NCBI GenBank assembly: GCA_017856385.1
Contig: JAFMFD010000002.1
Coordinates: 13,839 to 77,838 of the forward strand
DNA: 64,000 bases
Origin: Actinomycetota bacterium
Lineage (GTDB): Bacteria > Actinomycetota > Actinomycetes > S36-B12
Reading direction: 5' to 3'
Shown here: positions 1 through 11,533 of the stretch, in pieces
Layout of the letters: each line of letters begins with the position of its first letter
Numbering within the stretch: the first letter of the stretch is position 1
The notes under the pieces: model-generated
What the model saw: the letters and a program-made list of their open reading frames with translations, nothing else
Told to the model about the DNA's origin: nothing
Databases searched by the model: none
Position numbers and translations under genes: made by a program

Positions 1-50
1 GTCTCGTAGCTCAAGGCGCCTAGGCGGGTGCCGCGCATGGATTCGGTCAT
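1..50 (-). CDS. RbpA-like RNA polymerase-binding protein, first 16 codons only (gene continues outside the window)
   Basis: Minus-strand ATG at 48-50 is preceded by GGAAGGAAGAGGG. The visible codons MTESMRGTRLGALSYET match the conserved RbpA N-terminus (RGxRLGAxSYETDR). Confidence 0.5.
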   Translation of the reverse strand, partial: MTESMRGTRLGALSYE

Positions 51-222
51 GGCCCTCTTCCTTCCACGGTGGTGAAACAAGTGACGCAGGGGTTATGCCC
101 CGCGTTCCCCCTCACCATGCCGCGGCAATGTAAGGATTCGGTAAGCCAGCGATCACGGTCGCGGTCAGATCTGCGCCGTGACCGGACAAGAGGGACGAAG
201 CCCCACGTCATTGCCGAGCGGG

Positions 223-262
223 AGCCCCTCGCCACCACCGGGTGGGGGCCCCACGAGGGGCT
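223..262 (-). terminator. Stem-loop just downstream of argG
   Basis: AGCCCCTCG (223-231) pairs perfectly with CGAGGGGCT (254-262). An inner CCACC/GGTGG helix is also present. It lies 11 nt after the argG stop and has no U-tract. Confidence 0.4.
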
Positions 263-272
263 GGGGGAGGGG

Positions 273-1709
<1,437 letters not shown>

Positions 1710-1794
1710 TTACTGGCCGCCCCATCAGGACCCGACGAGGGTCGGGCGCACGCGCAGCCCCCGAAGCCTCCCGGCCGGCCACTAGCGTGCTGCT

Positions 1795-2303
1795 ATGACC
1801 CAGCGCCGACGAGCCCTGCGACCATCCCCCTGGCCCTCGCGTGCCTGGTCACGGTGGCCGCACCGGCGCAGGCCAGCAAAGGCGCCGACAGCAGGACCCT
1901 CACGGTCATCGGCAGCGACGCCGTCCTGGGCCTGGGAGACGTGGGCACCGCGGGCAACTCGCCCGGCGATGTCCGCACGCTCAGCCTCGCCCTGCGCTCG
2001 ACAAAGGGCGAGCCGGTCGGCCGCGCGGAGATCGTCCAGACGCTCACCCGGCAAGCCGACGGCGTCGGCACCGCCGTCAAGCATGTGGTCCTGAACCTGC
2101 CCAAAGGCAGCGTCATCGGCATGGGCACGACGCAGTTCACCGACTTCCTCAGCCCGACCGCGCGCCCAGACGACCGCACGGAGCGGATAGCCATCGTGGG
2201 AGGCACGGGGGCCTTCGTCGACGCGAACGGGACGATGGACATTGTCGTGCTCCCGGAATTCACCTCCCGGTGGACCCTCCGGTACGCCGTTCCCAGCCGA
2301 TAA
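1795..2303 (+). CDS. Small secreted beta-rich protein (dirigent / allene-oxide-cyclase-barrel-like), apparently frameshifted near its 5' end
   Basis: The convincing GC3-rich frame ends at 2303 and contains IVGGTGAFVDANG, a dirigent-like GGTGxF motif. Its signal-peptide h-region (LALACLVTVAAPAQA) has no in-frame ATG/GTG/TTG upstream of it. ATG 1795 (MTQRRRALRPSP) lies in the +1 neighbouring frame, and the two frames meet at a C5 run (1826-1830). Confidence 0.55.
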
Positions 2304-2403
2304 TGTGCATTATGACAACCCAGCCACACGCACGCCCCTAACCCGGCCACTCCTCGGGGGTTCCCTCTCAGCACGCCCGGGGCGCGTCGCCTAGTTTGGG
2401 AGC

Positions 2404-3153
2404 GTGCCCCTTGACGACCTCGGCCACGAGGTGTCCTGCCCGACGCGCGCTCAACGCGTCGTGAGCCTCGTCCCGTCACTGACCGAGGCACTGGCCTCCG
2501 TGGATCCTGAGGCCGTCGTCGGCGCCACCGACTGGTGCACGCACCCGGCCGACCTTGCCGCGACACGGGTCCGCGGCACCAAGAACCCCGACCTGCGGGC
2601 CATCGCGGCGCTCGAGCCCGACCTGGTCATCGCCAACCAGGAGGAGAACCGGGCCCTGGACGTCGAGCGCCTGCGCGCGATGGGCCTTCAAGTATGGGTG
2701 ACGCGCATCGAGACCCTCGACCAGGCGTTCGAGTCGATGGACCGGCTCTTCGACGAGGCACTGGGCTGGCCTCGGCCGGACTGGCTGGGCGAGGCGCGCG
2801 ACGCCTGGGGTGCTCCCCCGCCAGTGCATGGCCTTCGGGTAGTCGTCCCCATCTGGCGCGAGCCGTGGATGGTGGTCGGGACGCAGACCTTCACCGCGGA
2901 CCTGCTGCGTCGCCTCGGCTGCTGCGTGGTGCCGGTCGACACCGATGACAGGTACCCGACGCTGGAACTCGCGAGCATCGATGTCCTGGGTGCGGACCTC
3001 GTGCTGCTGCCCGACGAGCCCTACGTCTTCACGGCCGAGGACGGGCCCGAGGCGTTCACCACCCGCACTCGACTGCTCAGCGGGCGGCTGCTCACGTGGT
3101 ACGGGCCTTCGCTCGTACCGGCCCGCGACTACCTGGCCGGCGTGCTGGCCTGA
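2404..3153 (+). CDS. Periplasmic-binding-protein-fold protein (BtuF/FecB-like, helical-backbone metal receptor type), no signal peptide
   Basis: 249-aa ORF with GTG start. VVSLVPSLTEAL...VVGATDWCTHP...PDLVIANQEEN resembles cluster-A substrate-binding proteins. No N-terminal hydrophobic segment and no adjacent permease. Confidence 0.75.
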   Translation: MPLDDLGHEVSCPTRAQRVVSLVPSLTEALASVDPEAVVGATDWCTHPADLAATRVRGTKNPDLRAIAALEPDLVIANQEENRALDVERLRAMGLQVWVTRIETLDQAFESMDRLFDEALGWPRPDWLGEARDAWGAPPPVHGLRVVVPIWREPWMVVGTQTFTADLLRRLGCCVVPVDTDDRYPTLELASIDVLGADLVLLPDEPYVFTAEDGPEAFTTRTRLLSGRLLTWYGPSLVPARDYLAGVLA

Positions 3154-3189
3154 CGGGCTGTCGGCCGGTAGCTGCAGGCCCCGCACATG

Positions 3190-3233
3190 ACGATGGGGCG
3201 CCCCGGAGCGACTGCACCGGAACGCCCCATCGT
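3190..3233. terminator. Bidirectional terminator-like hairpin between convergent genes
   Basis: ACGATGGGGCG (3190-3200) pairs perfectly with CGCCCCATCGT (3223-3233), giving an 11-bp stem and a 22-nt loop. It sits between the stops at 3153 (+) and 3238 (-). Confidence 0.55.
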
Positions 3234-3237
3234 TCGA

Positions 3238-3624
3238 TCAGCTGCTGAGCGCCTTCGCCTTGAGGCTGTCGAACTCGGCCTGCGAGATCGTGCCGGCGTC
3301 GAGCAGGGCCTTGGCCGAGGCGATCTGGTCCGCAGGCGATGCACTGCCCACCGCGGACTGGATGTAGGCCTTCTGCGCCGCATCAGCGGCCTCGATCTGC
3401 GCCTGACGGCGCTTGGCCATGCTGCCGCCCCGTGCGATCAGGTACACCAGCGTCGTCAGCGGGGGCAGCAGGATCAGGAAGATGATCCAGATCGCCTTCG
3501 CGAAGCCGCCCATGGTGTGGTCGCTGAACAGGTCGAAGACGACCATGACCCAGACGAAGATGAACATGAACAGGATGAACAGCCAGAGCAGCGTCAGCAG
3601 GAAGCTGCCGAAATCGTCGTACAT
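3238..3624 (-). CDS. Small membrane protein with PLD-nuclease-N-terminal (PLDc_N) domain and C-terminal SHOCT domain
   Basis: 128 aa. It has two hydrophobic helices (LLTLLWLFILFMFIFVWVMVVF and IWIIFLILLPPLTTLVYLI). The C-terminal LLDAGTISQAEFDSLKAKAL is typical of SHOCT. Confidence 0.85.
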   Translation of the reverse strand: MYDDFGSFLLTLLWLFILFMFIFVWVMVVFDLFSDHTMGGFAKAIWIIFLILLPPLTTLVYLIARGGSMAKRRQAQIEAADAAQKAYIQSAVGSASPADQIASAKALLDAGTISQAEFDSLKAKALSS

Positions 3625-3678
3625 GCACGAGCCTCTCGATCGGAAGTGGTCACCCGAAGGCTAGTCGTCCACGAACCC

Positions 3679-3718
3679 GGAGTCCTCCCGGCCCCGCGAG
3701 TGCGAGCGGGAAGGCTCC
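3679..3718 (-). terminator. Stem-loop downstream of gcvP
   Basis: In minus-strand RNA, GGAGCCUUCCCG pairs with CGGGAGGACUCC (11 of 12 positions, including one G-U). It lies 11 nt after the gcvP stop. Confidence 0.4.
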
Positions 3719-3728
3719 GCTGAGGCGT

Positions 3729-6602
<2,874 letters not shown>

Positions 6603-6659
6603 GGCTTCCTCACTGGTCAGGCACCCGGGGGCGCACGGGGTGGCGGGCACGGTTGCGCC

Positions 6660-6825
6660 CGCACTCCCCCTCTGTTGCGCCTGCAGCCGCGGCGGTATCT
6701 GCCGCCGACGGGACTGCCGCCCATCTCCAGAGATGCCTCTCCCGGGTGGTCCTGCATGCCTGAGAGGTTGTCGGGGAGATTGCCCCTTCGGCGCCTGGCG
6801 GACCAGGTCTCTCCCACCCGGGATC
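6660..6825 (-). promoter_or_regulatory. Glycine riboswitch in the gcvP leader (one canonical aptamer plus a divergent second domain)
   Basis: The minus-strand RNA has a P1 helix CCCGGGUGG...CCACCCGGG. P1 encloses GGAGAG, GCGCCGAAGGGGCAA and CUCUCAGGCAUGCAGGAC (about 6741-6822). A second element follows, CUCUGGAGA...CAGAG (about 6665-6740). Confidence 0.8.
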
Positions 6826-6905
6826 AGTCAGCGAGTCAACTCTAGCGCGAGGACGCGCCCGGGCACGACGGCGCGCGGGTGAGCCACGCGGAGCAGCGCT
6901 CGGGA

Positions 6906-7637
6906 TCAGACGGCCGACTTGCGGGCGCGCCGAGCCGCGAGCTCGTCACCCGCGCCATGCTCACCGTCGGCCGCGACAGCGCCGTCCGGCCGCTCCCCCG
7001 GCAGGGTCGCGAGGGTCCCCTCCACCTCGAGCCAGACGCTGCCGACCGCGATGCCGAACACGCCCTGACCGCCGCGCACAAGGTCGACGACCTCGTCGGC
7101 GCTGCGGCACTCGTAGATGCTCGCCCCGTCGCTCATGATGGTCAGGCCCGCGAGGTCCTCCCCCGCGCGGTCGGCGAGATGATCCACGGCGGCACGGATG
7201 TTGGGCAGCGAGACGCCGGTGTCGATCAGCCGCTTGACGATGCGCAGGACGAGGATGTCGCGGAAGCCGTACAGCCGCTGAGTACCCGAGCCGGTGGCGT
7301 CGCGCACCGAGGGGGTCACCAGCCCCGTGCGCGCCCAGTAGTCGAGCTGTCGGTAGGTGATCCCGGCGGCCGCGCAGGCGACGGGCCCGCGGTAGCCGAC
7401 ATCGGTCGGCAGGGGTCGCAGCGCCGCCTCGTCGAACAGCACGCCCTGGGACTCGCGCACCGCTGCACCGGTCTCCTCCGCGCCCACACCGCCTCCTCGT
7501 CCCTGGTCGGGCCCGCCCAGACTAGCGACGAGCTCCCCTTCCGTCGCCGACGGCGGCGGATCCACATCCAGGATCGGGGGCCGAGGCTCCAGGTCCGTTG
7601 TTACGGATGTGACTGGAGTGACGCTATGGATCGACAT
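6906..7637 (-). CDS. MerR family transcriptional regulator (Rv1830-like position)
   Basis: HTH segment ITYRQLDYWARTGLVTPSVRDATGSGTQRLYGFRDILVLRIVKRL. The N-terminus looks disordered. Start chosen at ATG 7637 (MSIHS); the ORF extends to 7685. Confidence 0.85.
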   Translation of the reverse strand: MSIHSVTPVTSVTTDLEPRPPILDVDPPPSATEGELVASLGGPDQGRGGGVGAEETGAAVRESQGVLFDEAALRPLPTDVGYRGPVACAAAGITYRQLDYWARTGLVTPSVRDATGSGTQRLYGFRDILVLRIVKRLIDTGVSLPNIRAAVDHLADRAGEDLAGLTIMSDGASIYECRSADEVVDLVRGGQGVFGIAVGSVWLEVEGTLATLPGERPDGAVAADGEHGAGDELAARRARKSAV

Positions 7638-7721
7638 CGACCGGGTCAACGCGCCAGCTCGGCGTGTCGGGGGGCAAAGTCTCAACCTGCGGCTGAGGTT
7701 CGCTCAGCGCTGGTCCGGGGG

Positions 7722-8216
7722 TCAGCCGAAGTCCTCCGGCGAGACGTGGTCGAGGAACTCGCGGAACTGCTGCACCTCGTCCTCTGCGGCCGCGCGTCCC
7801 GTCTCGCCCTCCCCCTCGTCCTCGTCCGGAAGCTCGATCCCGGCCTCATCGAGGACGGTCTCCGCGCCCACGATCGGGGCGCCCGTGCGCAGGGCCAGCG
7901 CGATCGCATCGGAGGGCCGGGCGCTCACCTCGGTGCCGTCCGCGAACGCCACGACGGCGAAGAACACCCCGTCGGACAGGTCGGTGATCCGCACCTGGGT
8001 TACGGCCGCCCCCAGGGCGGAGATCACGTCGCGCAGGAGGTCATGGGTGAGCGGGCGAGGGGGCGTGATGCCCTGCTGGGCGTAAGCGATCGACGTCGCC
8101 TCGACGGCGCCGATCCAGATGGGCAGGTAGCGCCCGCCCTCGCGCTCCCGCAGGAGCACGATCGGGTTGTTCGAGGGCATCTCGACCCGTACGCCCACAA
8201 CATCGAGATCCCGCAT
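7722..8216 (-). CDS. Bifunctional nuclease family protein (DUF151, Rv1829-like)
   Basis: 164 aa. MRDLDVVGVRVEMPSNNPIVLLRE...YLPIWIGAVEATSIA is characteristic of DUF151. The C-terminal tail is acidic. Confidence 0.85.
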   Translation of the reverse strand: MRDLDVVGVRVEMPSNNPIVLLREREGGRYLPIWIGAVEATSIAYAQQGITPPRPLTHDLLRDVISALGAAVTQVRITDLSDGVFFAVVAFADGTEVSARPSDAIALALRTGAPIVGAETVLDEAGIELPDEDEGEGETGRAAAEDEVQQFREFLDHVSPEDFG

Positions 8217-8279
8217 TTCCCAAGGGTAACCCGGCGCCGGCGTGCGTGGCGCATCACGTGGTGATTCCCGGGCTGCGGA

Positions 8280-8993
8280 TCAGGCGTGCCCGGATCGGAT
8301 GAGGTCAGCGCGCAGCAGCGCCGCGTGCAACTGCACGAAGAGGGACGCGAGTTCGCGCACGACCTCCTGCTGCCGGGCACGGCCATCACGATCCCGGGGC
8401 TGCGAGTACGGGGTCGCCATCTGCTCGATGACACCGGTCTCACGGTCGGTCACCACCCGGAAGCTGCGCAGGTGGCGCGGCTCGACCCCGAACGCGCTCA
8501 GCCGGCTCACGACGCTGGCAATGGCCAGCGCATCCTCGTCGTAGTGACCGCTCGCTGCCGCCCACAGGACGCCTAGACCCTCCATCTGCGCGACGTACGC
8601 CTCGGTGAGGCCGCAGGCCTCGGCGAGCTCACCGCGGGTCATGCGCACGCGGCCCGCGCCTGGCCGGAAGTCCTCGGGTCGCAGACCGGATCCCGCGGCC
8701 GGCGATGCGGGATCCGCGTCCGCATCCGCGTCCAAGGCGTCGCGGATCACCTTGAGCGGCAGGTACTGATCGCGCTGCAGCGTCAGGATGGCGCGCAGCC
8801 GGTCGATGTCGGGCTGCGCGAACCGGCGGTAGCCCGATGGCGTGCGCTCGGGGGTGATAAGCCCCTCCGCCTCGAGGAAGCGGATCTTGCTGATGGTCAC
8901 GTCCGGGAACTCCCGCTTCAGCAACTGGAGGACCTCGCCGATGCTGATCGTGCCCGTCACGATCGCGGCGTCGGAGGAGCGTGCGCTCGTCAC
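8280..8993 (-). CDS. MerR family transcriptional regulator (Rv1828/FtsR-like position)
   Basis: 237 aa. N-terminal HTH ISIGEVLQLLKREFPDVTISKIRFLEAEGLITPERTPSGYRRF. Its start overlaps the stop of the upstream FHA gene by 4 nt. Confidence 0.85.
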   Translation of the reverse strand: MTSARSSDAAIVTGTISIGEVLQLLKREFPDVTISKIRFLEAEGLITPERTPSGYRRFAQPDIDRLRAILTLQRDQYLPLKVIRDALDADADADPASPAAGSGLRPEDFRPGAGRVRMTRGELAEACGLTEAYVAQMEGLGVLWAAASGHYDEDALAIASVVSRLSAFGVEPRHLRSFRVVTDRETGVIEQMATPYSQPRDRDGRARQQEVVRELASLFVQLHAALLRADLIRSGHA

Positions 8994-9484
8994 GAGGATT
9001 CGAGTCCGACCAGGAACACGAAGCGGAACTTGCCGATCTGCACCTCATCACCGCCGGCAAGGCGCTGGTCCTCCACGCGCACGCGATTGACATAGGTCCC
9101 GTTGAGGCTGCCCACGTCGCGGATGCTCCAGCCCTCCGCACCATGGCGCAGTTCCGCATGGTGCCGACTGACGGTCACGTCGTCGAGGAAGACCTCGGCC
9201 TCGGATGAACGGCCCACGCGCACCACGCCCGCACTCGCGTCGAGCGCGTACTCCGTCCCCTCCCCCGGCCCGCGGTGCACGACGAGCAGCGCCTGGCCTC
9301 CGGGCAGCCCGAGCTGCCTGCCCGAGCCCACCGATGCGATCGAGCCGGAACCCGTGCCCGGCCCCGTCACCGGCAGCGAGATCGATGTGCTGTCGATACC
9401 GTCACCTGCCCCGAGAGGAGCGCCGCAAGCACCGCAGAAGTGATCCTCCTGCTGCGTCGGGTGACCGCACTGCGGGCAGGCCAT
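8990..9484 (-). CDS. FHA-domain protein (GarA/OdhI-like position) with N-terminal zinc ribbon
   Basis: 164 aa. It has C3-x2-C6-x10-C17-x2-C20 at the N-terminus. The FHA core is VVRVGRSSEAEVFLDDVTVSRHHAEL...GSLNGTYVN. Confidence 0.85.
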   Translation of the reverse strand: MACPQCGHPTQQEDHFCGACGAPLGAGDGIDSTSISLPVTGPGTGSGSIASVGSGRQLGLPGGQALLVVHRGPGEGTEYALDASAGVVRVGRSSEAEVFLDDVTVSRHHAELRHGAEGWSIRDVGSLNGTYVNRVRVEDQRLAGGDEVQIGKFRFVFLVGLESS

Positions 9485-9488
9485 GGGC

Positions 9489-9872
9489 TCAGGCCTTCTC
9501 CACCAGGGCCCGGTACTCCCCGGGCGTGAGCAGCGAGTCGAGCGCGGCGGCGTCGGCCGGGGTCAGTTCGACGAGCCAGCCGTTGCCGTAGGGATCGCTG
9601 TTGACCGTCTCCGGCGCCGCGTCGAGCGCGTCGTTCACGGCGACCACGGTGCCGCCCACAGGGGCGTACACGTCACTGACGCTCTTCGTGGACTCGACCT
9701 CCCCGCAGGCGCCACCGGCGCCCACGACGTCGCCGACGGCAGGAAGCGAGACGTACACGATGTCGCCGAGGGACTCCTGGGCGAAGTGCGTGATGCCGAA
9801 GACCACCGTGCCCGACTCGGTGGCGCGGACCCACTCGTGCTCGGCGGTGTAGCGAAGCTCCTCGGGGTACAT
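9489..9872 (-). CDS. gcvH: Glycine cleavage system H protein
   Basis: 127 aa with the lipoyl-lysine motif GEVESTKSVSDVYAP. GGGAGA lies upstream of the ATG. Confidence 0.95.
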   Translation of the reverse strand: MYPEELRYTAEHEWVRATESGTVVFGITHFAQESLGDIVYVSLPAVGDVVGAGGACGEVESTKSVSDVYAPVGGTVVAVNDALDAAPETVNSDPYGNGWLVELTPADAAALDSLLTPGEYRALVEKA

Positions 9873-10090
9873 ACCGTCTCCCGTCGTCTCGGATCCCTGC
9901 GACGTCCCGCGTGCCCGAAGGCGGCTAGGGCGCCGTATCCGGCACTGTAACGGAGATGGTCAGGTTGGACTGCGTGGTGGCCGTGAAATCGGCGCCCCAC
10001 GTCCGGCCAGACTTCGCGACACCCCCCGGGGGCTCATCGCCGCAGCCCTGGTGTCGTCGACCGAGGTGTCAAGCACGACGCGCACGCGGC

Positions 10091-10714
10091 TCATGGACCG
10101 TCGACAATCCCCGTTCGTGCGTCAAGCGCACGAGCCTGCGCCACGTAGCGCAGACCGGCCCACCAGTACAGGAAGGTGCCCCAGAGCGCGAACGCCCAGC
10201 CGGCCATGGTCACCCACGTGCCGACGGTCGGCAGGCTGCCGAGCAGCAGGGTCGGGAAGCCCCAGAGGAGAGCGAAGGTGCCGGCCTTTCCGACGTACGT
10301 CACGGGAAGGGCGAGACGGCCCCGCCGGCGCAGGCGCGGCAGGATCGCCAGCAGCATGAGCTCACGTGCGACCAGCAGGAGCACCAGCCACCACGGGATG
10401 ATCGAGCGCAGGGCGAGGCCGAGCAGGGTGGCCGCTATGTAGAGCCGGTCAGCGAGCGGGTCCAGGAGGACGCCGAGGCGCGACTGCTGCTGCAGCCGTC
10501 GGGCCAGGTACCCATCAAGCCAGTCGGTCGCTCCCGCCACGACGAGCAGGACGAAGGCCGCCACATCCGCCTGCGGGACGAGAACGAGCCACAGGAAGAC
10601 GGGCACTCCGGCGATGCGCAGCATGCTGAGCGCGTTCGGAACGGTCCACCAGCGATCGGGCTGCGGAGCGTGCTCAGCCGCGGACATCGGATCCCGCATC
10701 GCTGGTCGGCACAC
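10091..10714 (-). CDS. CDP-alcohol phosphatidyltransferase (PgsA / actinobacterial cardiolipin-synthase type)
   Basis: Motif DWLDGYLARR...GVLLDPLADR (D-x2-DG-x2-AR...G-x3-D-x3-D) and multiple TM segments. The start is uncertain: GTG 10714, ATG 10699 or ATG 10687. Confidence 0.85.
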   Translation of the reverse strand: MCRPAMRDPMSAAEHAPQPDRWWTVPNALSMLRIAGVPVFLWLVLVPQADVAAFVLLVVAGATDWLDGYLARRLQQQSRLGVLLDPLADRLYIAATLLGLALRSIIPWWLVLLLVARELMLLAILPRLRRRGRLALPVTYVGKAGTFALLWGFPTLLLGSLPTVGTWVTMAGWAFALWGTFLYWWAGLRYVAQARALDARTGIVDGP

Positions 10715-11492
10715 GGCCGCGCGCCAGCCAGCGCCCGCCCGACTGGGACAGGCCGACGTCGACGCCGAACGTCTCCCCCACGAGTGCGTCGGTCATCACC
10801 TCGCGCATCGGCCCGCAGCCCGTGACGCGGCCGTCACGCAGGAGGAGTGCGTGGGTAAAGCCCTCGGGAATCTCCTCCACGTGGTGCGTCACCATGATCG
10901 TCGTCGGCGCGAGCGGGTCGCGCGCCAATCGACCGAGCGCACCGAGGAGCGCCTCGCGACCGCCGAGGTCGAGGCCGGCAGCCGGCTCGTCAAGCAGGAG
11001 CAGTTCGGGATCGACCATGAGCGATCGGGCGATCAGCACGCGTTTGCGCTCGCCCTCCGAGAGAGTGCCGAATGTACGCCCGGCGAGGGCGGCCAGGCCC
11101 CAGTCGCCGAGCAGCCGCTCCGTGCGTGCGAGGTCGCGCTGTTCGTAGGCCTCGCGCCAGCGCCCGGTCACGCCCCAGGCACCGGTCAGCACAGCATCGC
11201 GCACGCTCTCCCGAGGGGGCAGCGACCCCGCCAGGGACCCGGAGGCCCAGCCAATGCTCTGCCGCAGCTCGGCGAGGTCGACCGCGCCGAGCAGCTCACC
11301 GAGGATCTGCACCGATCCGACGGTCGGGTGCAGCGCCCCTGCGGCGATCTGCAGTAGCGTGGTCTTGCCCGCACCGTTCGGGCCCATGACCACCCATCGC
11401 TGGCCCTCCTCGACCGTCCAGTCGACCTGATCGAGGAGCAGCTTCGTCGAGCGACGCACCGACACGCCGGCGAGCTCCAGCACCGAGGCCAC
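10674..11492 (-). CDS. ABC transporter ATP-binding protein (stand-alone ATPase)
   Basis: Walker A GPNGAGKTT, signature LSEGERKR and Walker B LLLLDEP. 272 aa. Confidence 0.9.
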   Translation of the reverse strand: MASVLELAGVSVRRSTKLLLDQVDWTVEEGQRWVVMGPNGAGKTTLLQIAAGALHPTVGSVQILGELLGAVDLAELRQSIGWASGSLAGSLPPRESVRDAVLTGAWGVTGRWREAYEQRDLARTERLLGDWGLAALAGRTFGTLSEGERKRVLIARSLMVDPELLLLDEPAAGLDLGGREALLGALGRLARDPLAPTTIMVTHHVEEIPEGFTHALLLRDGRVTGCGPMREVMTDALVGETFGVDVGLSQSGGRWLARGRVPTSDAGSDVRG

Positions 11493-11533
11493 GTCGTCAC
11501 CCTAGGACCTCCGGCGCGAGCGCCCGCACTAGC

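Noticed and set aside
2304-2403. Cobalamin riboswitch upstream of the BtuF-fold gene
   Set aside because: The 100-nt gap is too short and lacks a B12-box-like sequence.
10022-10032. C6G5 run (CCCCCCGGGGG) palindrome
   Set aside because: It is a zero-loop palindrome that cannot form a hairpin on its own. It is plausible by chance in roughly 70 percent GC intergenic DNA.
9873-10090. Second glycine riboswitch or other structured RNA in the 218-nt gap upstream of gcvH
   Set aside because: No GGAGAG / CCGAAGGGGCAA / CUCAGGCA..GGAC elements are present on the minus strand. I found only generic features (TTGACA and TACAGT hexamers, short hairpins). A covariance-model scan would be needed to be certain.
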